Shown: positions 24,301 through 36,893 of the stretch, piece by piece
Numbering within the stretch: position 1 is the first letter of the stretch
How the letters are laid out: every line of letters begins with the position of its first letter
Assembly (NCBI GenBank): GCA_051294375.1
Contig: CM119269.1
Coordinates: forward strand, 20,693,665-20,757,664
Length of the DNA stretch: 64,000 nucleotides
From: Paraspadella gotoi
Taxonomy: Eukaryota; Animalia; Chaetognatha
Direction of reading: 5' to 3'
Made by a program: the position numbers and the translations under genes
The notes under the pieces: generated by a model
Databases searched by the model: none
Told to the model about the DNA's origin: nothing
The model's input: only the letters and a program-made list of their open reading frames with translations

Positions 24301-27300
24301 AAGATTCCTGTCGAAAGAGTGTACCGCCAACGTCTACTGAGGGAGGCAATCCATCATCTCAATGGAGCAAATCATGAAGCTATGCTGGGAAAAGGCCTTT
24401 TAAATGCCCGCGGAAGCAATTAGACTTCAATGCAGCTAAGTCCGGAGGTGACAGTTGGAAAGTAAAATAAGTCTTACATCCAAGTCGGAGAAAGAGAGAA
24501 TTTAAATGAAGGAAAAGTTTTCATGCATTTTACAAGGTTCATCAAGTGGTAGATTTTAAACTTCAACAAACGTGGACGCAGTGTTTTAGTGCCAACCGCA
24601 TTTGGACATCGAGCAAACTAGAATGAAGGAAGCTGTTAACACATGTGTTAAGATATAGGAAACGGTCACCACCCACTCTTCTGTCAGATGAGAGAGAACA
24701 TCTAAAATGCTGGCAATTGCGGAGGCCAACATCTGCATCGTATAAGGGCTGTTCGGCCTTTAAAGGAGATAAGGAACGCTATCAAAACGCGATAAATCGA
24801 CAAATGAGGAAGGAACGCCTAAGGAACGTCCAAAATAAGAGAAGTTACGCATCAGTCGTCTTCAAGCAGATGCAGAGGATGAAGAGAGAGATAAAGGCTT
24901 TTTCGAAGAGTCGTCTTCCCCATGACCGGTTTTCTGCTAAACTCATGAGAGAAATCTTTTGAAGTTCATGGAATACCGCATCGAAGAAAGAGGCTTCAAA
25001 TATGGAAAACTCCAGCATGGAGGAATCGACAACTAAGGTGGGAAAAGAAACTTAATTGATAAAACTTTTGTATGCTTGAAAAAACGTGTGGGTAAATTGT
25101 GGAGTGATGAGAAAAGAATCAAGGTTTCCAAAATGATATCTTAGGACTAGCGCGAAACTTCGTCAGAGATCTGACCTTGAACCCAATCAACAAGACCAAC
25201 AACCGGACCTGACAGTCTAACAAAGGGATCTCCAAACTAGCGATCGGATCAGGGGCTTTTCAGCTCTGCAGCCTCATACTTGCGGGTATTTTAGTTTACA
25301 ATCTCTTGAGGATAGTGAGATCTCATGGAGTGGGAGGGAAATTCATTCTTACGTTTCTTATAATGACGAACAGTGAAATCACCAAGATCGAATTCGAACG
25401 TACAAGAGAGCAAGAACACGAACAACGAAGATCAATTAACCTCAACGCCTTTAATGCGGAACCCGCTGATCAATCCAATACGGAAATCGGATCGTCTTCG
25501 AGGAGGACAGTTTCCGATCCGAGCGGACTGCAAACGCGACAGGAAACAATCTCCAAAACAATAGATGCAACTGCAAGAATTATTAGGGACGAGCCAGAGG
25601 ATCAACAATAACTGAGAGGGTTACAGGGAGAAACCCAAGATGGATTCGTCTCAAGATCAAGGATCACTTGTCCTTCAGGTGAATACGGAGATGGCGAATC
25701 CAGGAAGACTTCCGAGCTGATAATTTAATTATTCCACTTGAGCAATTACCGTTGGTTCTATAAACGATACAAGATGTACGGTTCTAGATGTAAACATTTA
25801 AAGGATTAAGTTATAATTAGGATCCAATGACTAGAGGGAGCGGGAGGAGTTTGTAACCTTGTAGCCAGAAAAGTGGGAATTCTTTCAAGTGATTTAAACT
25901 GCATGAAAGAATTAGAGTATATATGCTTAGTTTATTGATAGAGGACCTCAAAATTTAAATACTAATGCTATATCCTAAGACCGAATTGGGAATTTAAAGA
26001 AGAAATTTTTAAGAAGGTTTTCAACAAATAAAAAGTAAACGGAAGAGAAATACAGGTTTATATTGGGGATTTAAATTGTCCAAATGAAGGAATGGGGACG
26101 CTCTAGATTTACGAATATGGAAATGAAAGAAACTAGCTGAGACTCTAGCGCCACTTGATTTCGAATAGGAAATACATCTAAGGACACATACTTATGCGGG
26201 ATTTGACGGATCTGAAAATAACCTGGATTTATGTATGGGGACAAGCGGAATCGTTAGGCTTAATCGAAAAGGTGGTCGCTGCGAGAAAACATAGGAAGTG
26301 ATCCTTAGTGATGGAAATTAATCTGGCCTTACACTGGGTAATAAGAGAGATAAAGGAAAGAGAGTAAACTGGATCAATATATTCGGGGAAAATCTGATCT
26401 GTTATGCATGATTGAGGAAAAAAGGTTAAATCGCACTGAGGAGATAGATGAAGAATTGGAATATGGTAACAAACGTGTTTAGAAGCGTAAGAAAAGTCAA
26501 CAGAAAAATTTGGAATTAAAGGTTTAAAGGGAAAATTCGTTAAGTAGACAGAGCAGAGAGCTAATAGACACACATCGAGGAGATTTTTTACAGAAATTTG
26601 AAAAATGCGGGCCGTTAAAGCGAAGAGTTAGAGGTTCGGTTAAGGCAGTTCTAAATAAAAAATGTAAAAAAATAAGGAATCGATAGAGAGAGATTCTCGG
26701 AGTACTTCGGAGTCAAAAGCTTGGAGATGAATGCTACATAAAGACTCAAAAAAGAAATAGATATATTATAAACGAAATGTTAGGGCAAGGAAAACTCCAA
26801 CAGATTATTCGAAACTCTGTGATCAAACTGGAAGAACATGTGCAAACAAACGAAGAAAGGGCGGAGGCATTTTGCAAAGAAAATGATATTTGCGTCATGC
26901 GTTTCCAAGCAATCCTTTCTTTGATGAAGAATTATAGGGAGAAACAGAACAAAAAAGTGAGTGAATAGAGAAATAGCAGGATAATGGAAGGACGACTGAT
27001 ACTTGATTTCCCAGGATTGGGAGATGTTGTATTAAAGTAATTAAAAACTTAAAGAATAAATCAGCTTTCCAGGTGAAGATACTATACACATGCAATGATA
27101 AAGAATTTAAGTGAGAAAGGTACTAAGAAAACTATACATATTATGAATCGGCTTTTAAATAAAATGATTTTCCAAAAAATGGCGAAAACGCAAGTTATAA
27201 ATATGATACCAAAAGGGAAAACCACCAAATTCAGTTAGGGATTCCGACCAATCAGCCTTCTGAGTTTTGTGTGGGGAAACTATACGAGAGATTTATGAGA

Positions 27301-28793
27301 ATGCTTTATTGGACTGTATGAATATTAAGGTTATTAAGAACGATACAAGCGGCGTTTTGTAGAGGAAGATGTACTCAGAACATTTGTGATACGACTAACA
27401 GAGGAATGTCGCTAAGACGCGATTTGCAAACGATAAGATAACAGTAGCGGTAATTCATGATGTTGAAGACGCCATTTAATCGAGTGTGGCACAATGGCCT
27501 GGTCTCAAAATGATTGATCTAGATTCCCCGTAGGTATGATTAAGATTATTGATTTCATACTTGGAGGATGATACGTAACTGTTAAAGTGGGAACAAGTCC
27601 GTCAAGAAGAATAATATGTGAACTGTGGCTGTCCGCAGGGTTGAGTGATCTCGCAGATATCTTTTCAATTTTATTGTGTTGACAGATTACGAATAAAAGT
27701 GCCCTAAGGTCGTTGAAAAGAGTCAATTTTGCGGATGATACTGGCTAATTGGATAACTGAATCATCACTAGACATTGTGTCAATTTGAGATGAAGAGGAC
27801 TATGGATGCGATTCACGCTGGTGCAGCAGATGGAGGTCTTAAAACTGGCACGCAGAAAATGTAACAATTGTGTAATTTTCTCTGGAGACGTAGACCACAT
27901 TATGGTGAATTAGATTGCTTTCCCTTTTTGGTACTAAGATAAGTATTATTTAAAGAGCAATATTTGGGGGTTACTTTTGACGGGAAGCTAATTGGGGAAA
28001 ACATATTGATAATATGCAATTACGTCAGAGATGGCAGGGGTCTGCTGTAAATTAAAAATTTAAATATCGTATTTAAATTGATGTTATATTACAACCTCTA
28101 TTCTACGTTTGTGATGTCGAAGTGCAGAATATTAGTATGCTCTGTTATTGTATAGTGTTCCAAAGCTCTCTTGGAAAAAACTTGAAATTATTGAATATCG
28201 TTTTTTTGAAAAGTATTTTTGTATCCCTAGAGCGAGTGCTAATGAATTAGGCCTTAGCACTTAGTCCGGTCTAGAACCATTACAATTAGAATTAGAGAAA
28301 GGGCAAAAAATACAAATGGGCAAAATTAATGATACATACGCCCCTATTACCAAAGTATATTGGTCGATATGAATTAACTATGCGGTAGTAACAATAGAGT
28401 GACTTGCTCAATCGAGTATTTACTGAGAGAAATTAAAAGTTTGTTTTTAGAAACATTTTTGTAAGATTTAAACACACTATGGTATTATATATATAGAGTT
28501 ACATTTAATCTTCGAATTCAGCAAGGGAAAAAATTGATGTATTATTGGATGATACAGTAAAAGCTAATTCTGCTTTTCTTACTGTGGTACGTATCATTCG
28601 CTGGAACAGTATTGAAAGAATAAAAAACTCTTTAAACTGAAATTTGCCTGTATTGATTTGGAGAAAGTTGAAATCTGTACTATCGTTTTGTACTGTGATT
28701 ATGTAGTTATAGATAGATATATTGAATTACTAGCGAACCCATGGCCTCTCAGGCCCGTCAATGAGATAAAACCTATTAAACCTATAGACCTCT

Positions 28794-28831
<38 letters not shown>

Positions 28832-31327
28832 TTTTCTCTCTCTCTCACTCTCTCTCTCTTCTCTCTCTCACCAAGTCTTTTTCGTCGAATTTCCTGCGAG
28901 GAGGAAAGACGGCGGAGAAGACGACGCAAACCAGAATAAATTATTAAATATTTAGAATTATTTAAGCCTGTTTCCCCTTGATATAAAATACCCCGATTTC
29001 CGTTAAAAAAATGTTTATCACGTAAAACGGAAAAAAAAAGAGCGAGGTCGTGAAAAGACTCACTCACCAGTCCGAGCGCCATATCTATGCAGTCGTACTG
29101 ACTCGTCGCGCCCTCTATCGCTTGCGCCATAAAAATGTTATCGCGAATCTGAGGGGTTAAAGTTGACAGTAGAAGGGCAAAGAAGGGCGATTGGAGGCCC
29201 TCCAATGGAGGGGTAGTTGGGCTATCACTTTTCCAACTCCCCCCTCACCGCACAACGAAATACAAACCCTGTTTCTTAGTCCGTCTCTCTTTTCCTCCTC
29301 CTTCTTCTTGTCTCTCTTCAGCGGAATCGTGTTGATGTGATCCACCTTGGAAGATTCTTGATACGCGGACGAAATTCCGCACAGAACCTTCTTGTTGTCG
29401 AAATCGAACCAAGCGGCTTCGTCGGCGGCGTCCTTGAGGGGGGGGGGAATTAGAAAGAAAACAACGTTTTCGAGAATATCTCTAGAGGGCGTAATAAATT
29501 TATTTTATTTTGTAAAAAAGATAAAAGGATAAAACGATAAAAGAAACAATTTGACGTTCAAACGATAAATGAGCATTGAGCAAGACTAATAGCACTAAAA
29601 ATAAAAAGATAATAATAATAAAAGTGTAGAGGAAAGATTCTTTTAAATTTAATGTCGCTGGAATTTTAACAAAGCTAGGAAGTCGCCGAGACTGATTTCG
29701 ATGTCAAACTCTACTACTTCAACTCAAACTCAACGACCTTGGACGTGGGACGTGTAAATGCGAAGTAAAAAAAGTGTTTTCAAAGATTTTCTGCTTTCGT
29801 TCTGATTAAATTCAACGTATCTCAGAGTTGCAAAGCCGACTGGTTCGGGTATCTTGGACTTAGTTTTAAATGAATTTTAGCTTCGCAGTTTAGTCAGGAA
29901 AATGGAGACAGTGAGAAACTTGGGGGAGATTCGGAGGAGGAAGAGGAGGAGAAGGAGGAAGAGGAGGAGGCTGATGAAGAGCAAGGAGAAAATGAAGAGA
30001 AAAAAAAGAAAGAAAAATGTGGACCCGGAAGTGTCGAAGAGGAAAAGCTTCAAGTTGATCCTAGAAAAAAATTGATTGCCTCTTGAGTTTCGGGAAACGT
30101 GGGTGTAGTGGGGAAAAAATGAGGGCAAGAAGAAAAAGGAAAAGAGAAGAAAATGAAAAAGATGGACGGAAGGAAAAGAACGAGGTCAGAAAGGAAAAAG
30201 AATAGAAAAGAAAATGAAAAAAGATGAGAAGGAAAAGAATGAAGGAAAAAAAAGAAAAAGAATAGAAAAGAAAATGAAAAAGAAAAAAAAGGAAAACGTG
30301 TTCGGGAAAAAGGGGGTTTGCTCGAAGCGATAAAGGGATGAAACGACCAAAATAATATCGCACGAATCAATAAGCGGTTTACATTATGAGAAAATAATGA
30401 CAGAAAATAATCGTTGAAGGTCGCAGATAAGAGAGAGAGACTCATATAAGTCATATCTCGTTTTGTGAAGCGACCATTAAACATGTTTTTGAACCTTATT
30501 TAAATTAACTCAAATACTATAAAATGCTAATTGCCTCTGCCTTTTGAATAACTCAAAAGTATTTTCAAGGAGAGAAAATATTTCGAAAGACGAAAGAAAA
30601 ATTCGTGATAGAAGGAAAAGTTTTTCCTTTTTATTTTTTTTTTCAGCCTTTTTTTTCGCCGCCATTTTTTTCTCATTAGTCTTTTCCTCGCGTTGAGCTC
30701 ACGAAAAATTTATGAGACGAAAATTTTTTTTATTTACACTGCCGTCGATGTACTCCCCCCTCACTCTCTCGTCCGTTACCATCAAAGCGAAGAAGTTATG
30801 TTTATTAAATTTAAACATTTAATGATTTCAGTTCATCTATCACAAAAACGATAGGCTTTTCGCTAAGACTAACATCATCTGCTTCTTCATTATCAACTTA
30901 ACGGTAACGGTAACAAAAGCAGCGACAATAACAGGAACGACGGCGTTGCGGAATTAAAAAGTCGTTATGCGCTGAATCTTTACTAATCTGACGACTCGAA
31001 TTGACCTCAGTCATTTAGACCAACTCAATTCTAACTTCAATTTTAAACCGTTTCCCTCTCTGAAGTCTGAACAGACGCCGCCTGTTCCTCCTCGCCCTCT
31101 CTCCGCTCCTCTTCCGTTCCCCCTCCCTCCCATTCTCCCTCTTTCCCCCCTCTTACCTTCATCGCCTTCAAATTTATCTCTCTCTTCAACGCAATCCTGG
31201 GCGGAGAATCGTCGACCCTCTTCGACACCGTCTCCAACCTCCGTCTCTCCTCCATCTTCATCGCCCTCCATCGATGCCATTCTTCGCTTCCGGGCAAAAG
31301 CGGATTTCCTTCGATTCGAAACACCAT
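21180..31327 (-). CDS. CFAP97/Hemingway(KIAA1430)-domain-like protein; exons 31327-31157, 30060-30025, 29432-29346, 29148-29068, 28893-28872, 23457-23417, 23065-23026, 22864-22848, 21468-21180
   Basis: First four exons join in phase: ...MEERRRLETVSKRVDDSPPRIALKREINLKAMK|DQLEAFPLRHFR|DAADEAAWFDFDNKKVL...|IRDNIFMAQAIEGATSQYD, resembling the VD..PP...NLK...DN..L and I..EN......I......YD pattern of this family. Downstream exons need a 1-nt correction near 29072. Confidence 0.6.
21576..22169. mobile_element. Tc1/mariner-type MITE
   Basis: 29-bp TIRs CAGGGGTGGGTCCATATATCGAGACAAAA / TTTTGTCTCGATATATAGTTCCACCCCTG (3 mismatches) with TA on both sides. Confidence 0.9.
22425..22545 (+). repeat. Dispersed repeat shared with ~40435-40575
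   Basis: AACTGCTAGCGC.ACCTTT..TTTT...ATCACCCGGAAATA is present at both sites. Confidence 0.65.
22676..22846. repeat. ~50-bp pyrimidine-rich minisatellite spanning a 10-N gap (22755-22764)
   Basis: Repeated TTCAATTCTATTCTTCCCC.ATAGAATTCCTCCTTCCTCTTCTTCCTCTCC. Confidence 0.85.
23294..23401. repeat. 21-bp minisatellite, ~5 copies
   Basis: Unit CCTCGCCACG(C/T)GTTGCCATTT. Confidence 0.9.
23710..28642 (+). mobile_element. Near full-length, frameshifted LINE (I/Jockey-group-like) with ORF1 zinc knuckles, APE endonuclease and RT
   Basis: CCHC-type remnants QCF..FGHRA and NCGG.H.ASYKGC (~24580-24760); FILGDLNCP (~26057-26083); IPKGK and FRPISLLS..GKLYER (~27205-27290); RVWHNGL (27481); NFADD (~27725); AATAAA at ~28619. 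Lies antisense in the CFAP97-like intron. Confidence 0.88.
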
Positions 31328-31879
31328 CTTCGCCGCTCTCGTTTTTTTTTGTGTGTGTGTGTTTGTTTTTATTTGTTTGGTTTTTTTCTTATGTTTTTTG
31401 TAGTGTTTTACATAAAGACTTTAGTCATTAATGATTTATGATTCGTTTTAATGTTTCGTTTTCTCTCTCTCCGTTTTCTTTACTTCTTTGCTTGCTTTTT
31501 ACGCTTTGGTCGTCCGTGGTTTTCCTATTTCTGAACTCGGTTCTTTCGCTAACTTATTTTCCTCCTAATTAGTCTAGATTATCCCCAATTCACGTGCTCA
31601 CGCCGCTCATCCTAAAAATATCTAGCCTGAGTCCTATCCTATTTCGCTATAGAACTGTACTGACGAGTAAGACCCTCTAGTTTTAAGGAGAGGGCGAAAT
31701 GTTTATAAAATTGCCAGATTTTTGAGAGTCGTCTTGAGCTTGAGGATTTCGATGTTTGCGGATCAGATAAAAAAAATAATTTAAACTAGTTTTTCTGTAT
31801 ATACAGTGGCGAAGGAACATTGACATGTTCTCTGCCAGGGAATGTAAAATGTAAAATGTCCATAAACTAGAGAGAGTTT

Positions 31880-32010
31880 TGCCGTTGAAGAGTCCTGCTC
31901 TGTATTATCTTGTAACCGGAATGAGGCCCTGCCAAAGTCAGCCTTGGGCAAAATAACTTATTTCTTGATGGAATGGATAATTTCCATAATGGTTGTACGA
32001 ATTTCTTATA
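31880..32010 (+). repeat. Diverged copy of dispersed repeat family R
   Basis: TATTATCTTG...GAGGCC...CCAAAGTCAG...GGATAATTT...GGTTGTAC.AATTTC, shared with copies at 40741 and 44500. Confidence 0.65.
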
Positions 32011-32570
32011 ATATTAATAACACCCAATATCAGCTGATCCAAAAAGGACTCTGGCAAACAAATCCGAAAATTCAAACAAAACCAAAATATGAAGAATCTC
32101 ACAAAAAGATGGAATGGCAAGAAGGAAGAGGACGACGAGGAAAATGACGTCCTTATCTTCATCCAGCAATGAGCATCATCAGGATTTCGACGCACAACTA
32201 ATAACAAGAAAAGGACAATGGCAACACTGATGACGACGTCACAATGACCTCAACAAATGAGACTTCTTCTTAGAAGTCGATTGATATCCATGATGACGAC
32301 GACGACGACGACGAAAAGAATACATCCGAAAAGTAGTCTCCTTAATTATTTCAGGTAAAAAAGTCCTAGTGCTCAGAGGAAAGACGGGTCCAAAGCAACA
32401 AACTAAATCGGCGACTGCTCCAAAATCATAAAAAACAAGTCATTTTTTGGGTTATAACTTAGATAATAACTTAGCAGGACACTGTAAGCTCTCAATGAAG
32501 ACACTCTTAAATGATTTTCACAAAATTCTGACCGAGATACAACGTTGCGCACTATTGCGTTGACTTCGCC

Positions 32571-32625
<55 letters not shown>

Positions 32626-34981
32626 TTCCATTTCTCTCCCTCTCTCCCAAGCAGAATAAATTCTAATCAAATTCCCCGGTTTTTTGCCATCTTTTTTCTT
32701 CGCTCCATCGAAATCGAAATTGGCATTTTCTTTCTCAACTTTCGGTTACCTGAAAATAAATTTTTCTTTGGCTTTTTCCCATAAATAAGAAGAAATATCT
32801 AGAACTATATTTTTATTTTCAGTAAAGAATTTTCAAAACAAAATTATCGTATTTAAGAAATGGCAATGCAGTGCCGAATTATATCATTAATTACCAATTG
32901 CTTATGAAAAGTTCGACAGCTTCCACCTCCATCCATGCCAATTTTTCTCTCGCCCATTATTATTATTAAAATTATTACTACTTTAAATTGATTTTTTCCT
33001 AGTTTTCTCCACTCATGCCAGATAAATTAAATCAATAATTCAAAAAAACCGTCTGACAGTTGATAAACCTCAACATTTCACTCTGGATAGATAAATAACA
33101 AATGACTAAAAACAAACAAAGAAACGAGAGGCTTTAATTCATCTCCGACGTTAGTTTTTTCATTCCTCCTGTTTGACGACTCAGTTCAGTATTCACTAGT
33201 CACGAGTCACTTTTAGCTTTTCAACATATTTTTTCTTCTATCTTCTCCTCCTCCTCCTCCTCCTCCCTTCTCCTCCCTCCTCCTTCCTCCTCCTCCTCCT
33301 CCTCCAGTCATGCCTTTTGCGTTCCCATATCCATTTTTCGCGCGAGCCAGTTCTGCGTTTGAATCTCTCTTTTTCTGTTTTTCTTTCTCTTCTTTTATTT
33401 TTCACCCCTTTTTCTCTAAGCTTTTATATACACATTCTTTCTTTAATTCATTTTCACTGTTTTTCCTTTTTCTTTCTTTTTTCAGTTTCTTTCTCTTTCT
33501 CCCTTTTTGTTTTTGTTTTTTTTAATTTTATTCGTCGTTTTCTTTCTCTACACATTTTTTTCATTTTTAGCCTCCTTTTTTAATTTTTATGCGTTTCCTA
33601 TATTTTTTTTTCTGTATAATCAGTTTAATCACTTGATTACTTTCCGTTTTCCAGAAAGGAAAAACCGAACGCGAACGAATTAAACGAATAACTTTTCAAG
33701 CTGCAGTAACCAAGTTAAAACGTAAACATTTTGAAATCGTTATTTAAAATTGTTTCTCGCCGTTTTATTCCAGAAGTCGTATTTATTTTTATTTTTTTAA
33801 AACGTTTTCACCATAAGGTAAAAAATTTATCTAGATTGCAAAAAAAAAGAAATAAGAAGTAAAGAAAAATCAAATGAATTCACGTATAAAAACAAATTAA
33901 TCAAATTAAAAACCATCAAAGATGAAAGTATTTATTGACCACACAAAAGAAATTTAATTAAATTGACTAAATTTTTATTTTGCTACAAATTTAACCATAA
34001 AAAGCGAACTCTTCCACACCCACTTCGTCGCGCCCTCCCATACTGTCTCACCAATGGAGCGCCGAATGACGTCTCCCATTTCCACCAGCCAGCGCCACCG
34101 TCCACCGGCCCTCCGGCGTCATACAGAGTACCTAATGACGCCGCGTCGATGGAGTCATCGGCGCCAGTCGCGCTCGGACCCCTCGAGGCTGGAAACGGCG
34201 TCGCCGACCTTGCCGGCGTCGGAATCGGCGTCGTGGCATCGAATGGCGTTTCGGAACTACTTTTCGTGTCCGACGCAATTTGTCATTGTCGACGACGACG
34301 AAGGCGACGACGATGACGACGACGCCGGAAGATGGCGGCGCAACGATCGCGTTTATGAGCGCGTACAGAGCGCCAGGTTTCTGTCCGGCGTCAGATCGAT
34401 GACGCCGTTTCCGCCGACCACCACGCCGTCTCTGTCTCCGACGCCGTCGCCTCGCTCTCCTGGAACTTCCTCCTGCCGGGTGAGGGCTCTTTTGAGACTA
34501 GGCTCTTTTCGTGGTTCTTAGCTTTGCCCTTTTTTGGTCGGTCGTTCTGTATTTCATCGTATTGCTTTGCATTGATTATGAAAAAAGGTTCATGCCGAAT
34601 GTAGTACATAGCCTAACATAATATATTACCTAAAAGCACAGGTGAAAATGAGACAAACAATAAAGATCAAAATAATGAATTGGTTGAAATGGTCATCATG
34701 GTGGCGAACTTATCGGTGACTTGTTATGACCCAATATGATTCAGGAAACTAAGCAAGTCTAATTCGAGAGATGTGGCTCTTTGAAGTTTTTTTGTTTTTT
34801 TTGTGTATAACTGTTCTCAAGGATACATCAAAGACTAATGTTAATTTTTCTCATCTTCCCCTTAATCTCGAACCTTAGTCTGACCCTTTCCCGACCTCAC
34901 CCTGGCGCCGCGCCGAACCAACCTCTCTTCTGCCGTCGCCGCTGACCTCGCCGCTACTGCGCTGTCGCTGCTTCTCTACAG

Positions 34982-36893
34982 AAGTCGCGACTCCTTTTCG
35001 ATGCAACGACGAAGACGGCGCTTTTCACTTCCGGGTCGAGCCTCCGTCGCCGGGGAGCGTCAACTCATTCGTCGATGTATCACCGAGGTAAAACGCGATG
35101 AAATGACTTTCATTCTAATTCACTTCAAATTTCGATTACCGGGCCAGGGCGTTATCTCGGTGACCCCTATTCTGCGTTCATACCCCAATGAATTTGGATA
35201 TTTCCCCCTTTTAAAAAATAGTCAATCAAATGGCCACGATATATATTGGTCTAAAGTATTGCTCCCCTCGCCCCCCTCAAACCCCCAACCACTTCATCCT
35301 TCTTTCCCTCAGATGGACAGCGTCGACCCCCAAGTGGTTCCTTGATCCTCCGACGCCGTCGCCCAACACCCTCCGAAAATGCCACGCCTTCTTTGCCGAA
35401 ACGACGCCTCCTCCAAGGCGGAGGAACGAAAACGGCGCCGCCAGTGGAGATCGCCTCGACGTGCCGGAAGGAGCTCCGCGCCGGGAACGCCGTCGCGGGC
35501 GAGACGTTGGGACTCCGACGTCGACGCCGATTAAGCAGGTGTCGTTGTCGGCCGCCGGGTCTCCTGCTTCGAATATGTTGGCGGCGCCGGGAAACCGTCG
35601 CGACGCCAGCGCCAATTTTCCTTCGCCGCCCACTCCGCATCCCTGGTTGCGAAGGCAACGCTCCGAGGCAACTGGGTGCTGCTTCGCCGAGGCGTCGTCT
35701 GCTTCGGCCGCGGTCCCGCCGCCGCCCCTCCCGCCGCTTCCCTCCGCCCAGCGGCGCCAACGAGGCCCGCGCTGCCGCGCCGACTACGAAAGCATCATGC
35801 GTCGAAGCATGAAGACGGCGTCGTTCGAGGACGACGTCTTCGAAGACGAATTACGTCGCCACAGCAGCCCGGAGATGAACGGCGCCGGCGCTACTGGCGC
35901 TGCAGGCGGTATAGACCCCGGTGGCCCCGGCACCGGGGTCGGGGACCTTGGCGCTGTAGCGAGTTCCGGCGGTATCGTCATCTCCAGCGCAGATGTCAAG
36001 CTGCTCGTCCGGATGCATCAGCAGCGTCGTCGGCGCAGCGGAGACTCGGACACGACGAACGAAGAGGAAGATAACGTCGAAGAAGAGGAAGAGGACGAGG
36101 ACGGGAGGAAGAGGAGGAAGACGTTGTTGAGGAGTTTAAAGTCGATCTTCGAACCGAAGGACTTGAATCAATTGGATCCGAGGTTGTGGGGAGTGGGGAG
36201 TTGGGAGTCGAGAGTAGGGGCAGAGTAGATAGGGGAGGACAAGAAGGGCCGATAGAGATGGGGTGGCGAGCAGTAGAGGCAGTCGACAGTCCGGAAAGAA
36301 TAATGAAAATATATCAAACGACACCCTCGAACACAATCTCAAATTCTCAATCATTCTCTAGTCCTATTTTGCTTGCTTATTTGTCTTCCCCTCTCCCCTT
36401 CCTACTTTGTTTTGTTCTCTCCCGCTAATTCTTAATAATCTTTATCCCTCCCTCCCTTGCCCAACTCAGGATCGTCGGCGACGCCATAGACGATTTCCTC
36501 CGGCGAAGATCGCGGGCGATCACTTCAGGAGCTGCGAGTGGCGGAGCAGGAGCAGGAGCGGGAGGAGCGGTAGCAGGAACCGCGAGTGAAGAGGATAACG
36601 AGCCGAGGGATGCAGAGCGGAATCCCGAGGAGGAAGGCGAAGAATCAGAACCTCTGATGAAAATCCGCGATGTGGATGACGCCGACGACGGCGACGGCGA
36701 CGGCGACGACGTCGACGCCAACGGCGAAAACGGCAGCGACGAACCTTTGGCGAAAACGTGGAATCGAAGAGAAGAATCGCAATGGAACCGAAAATCTGGA
36801 TGGAACAAAGTCAGGGGAATCAGATTCTTGTTGCGCCTCGTGTCTCTGATCAGGAAAAGGCGGGGCAAGACTTTGGCTCAGTTTCAGTGTTGA
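34982..36893 (+). CDS. Uncharacterised low-complexity/disordered protein; 3' exons 34982-35087, 35313-36182, 36470-36893; 5' exon(s) probably in 34020-34479
   Basis: GC-rich ORFs bounded by GT-AG sites and joining in phase (2,2): ...VDVSPR|WTASTPKWFLDPPTPSP...DLNQLDPR|IVGDAIDDFLRRRSR...LAQFQC*. Confidence 0.65.
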
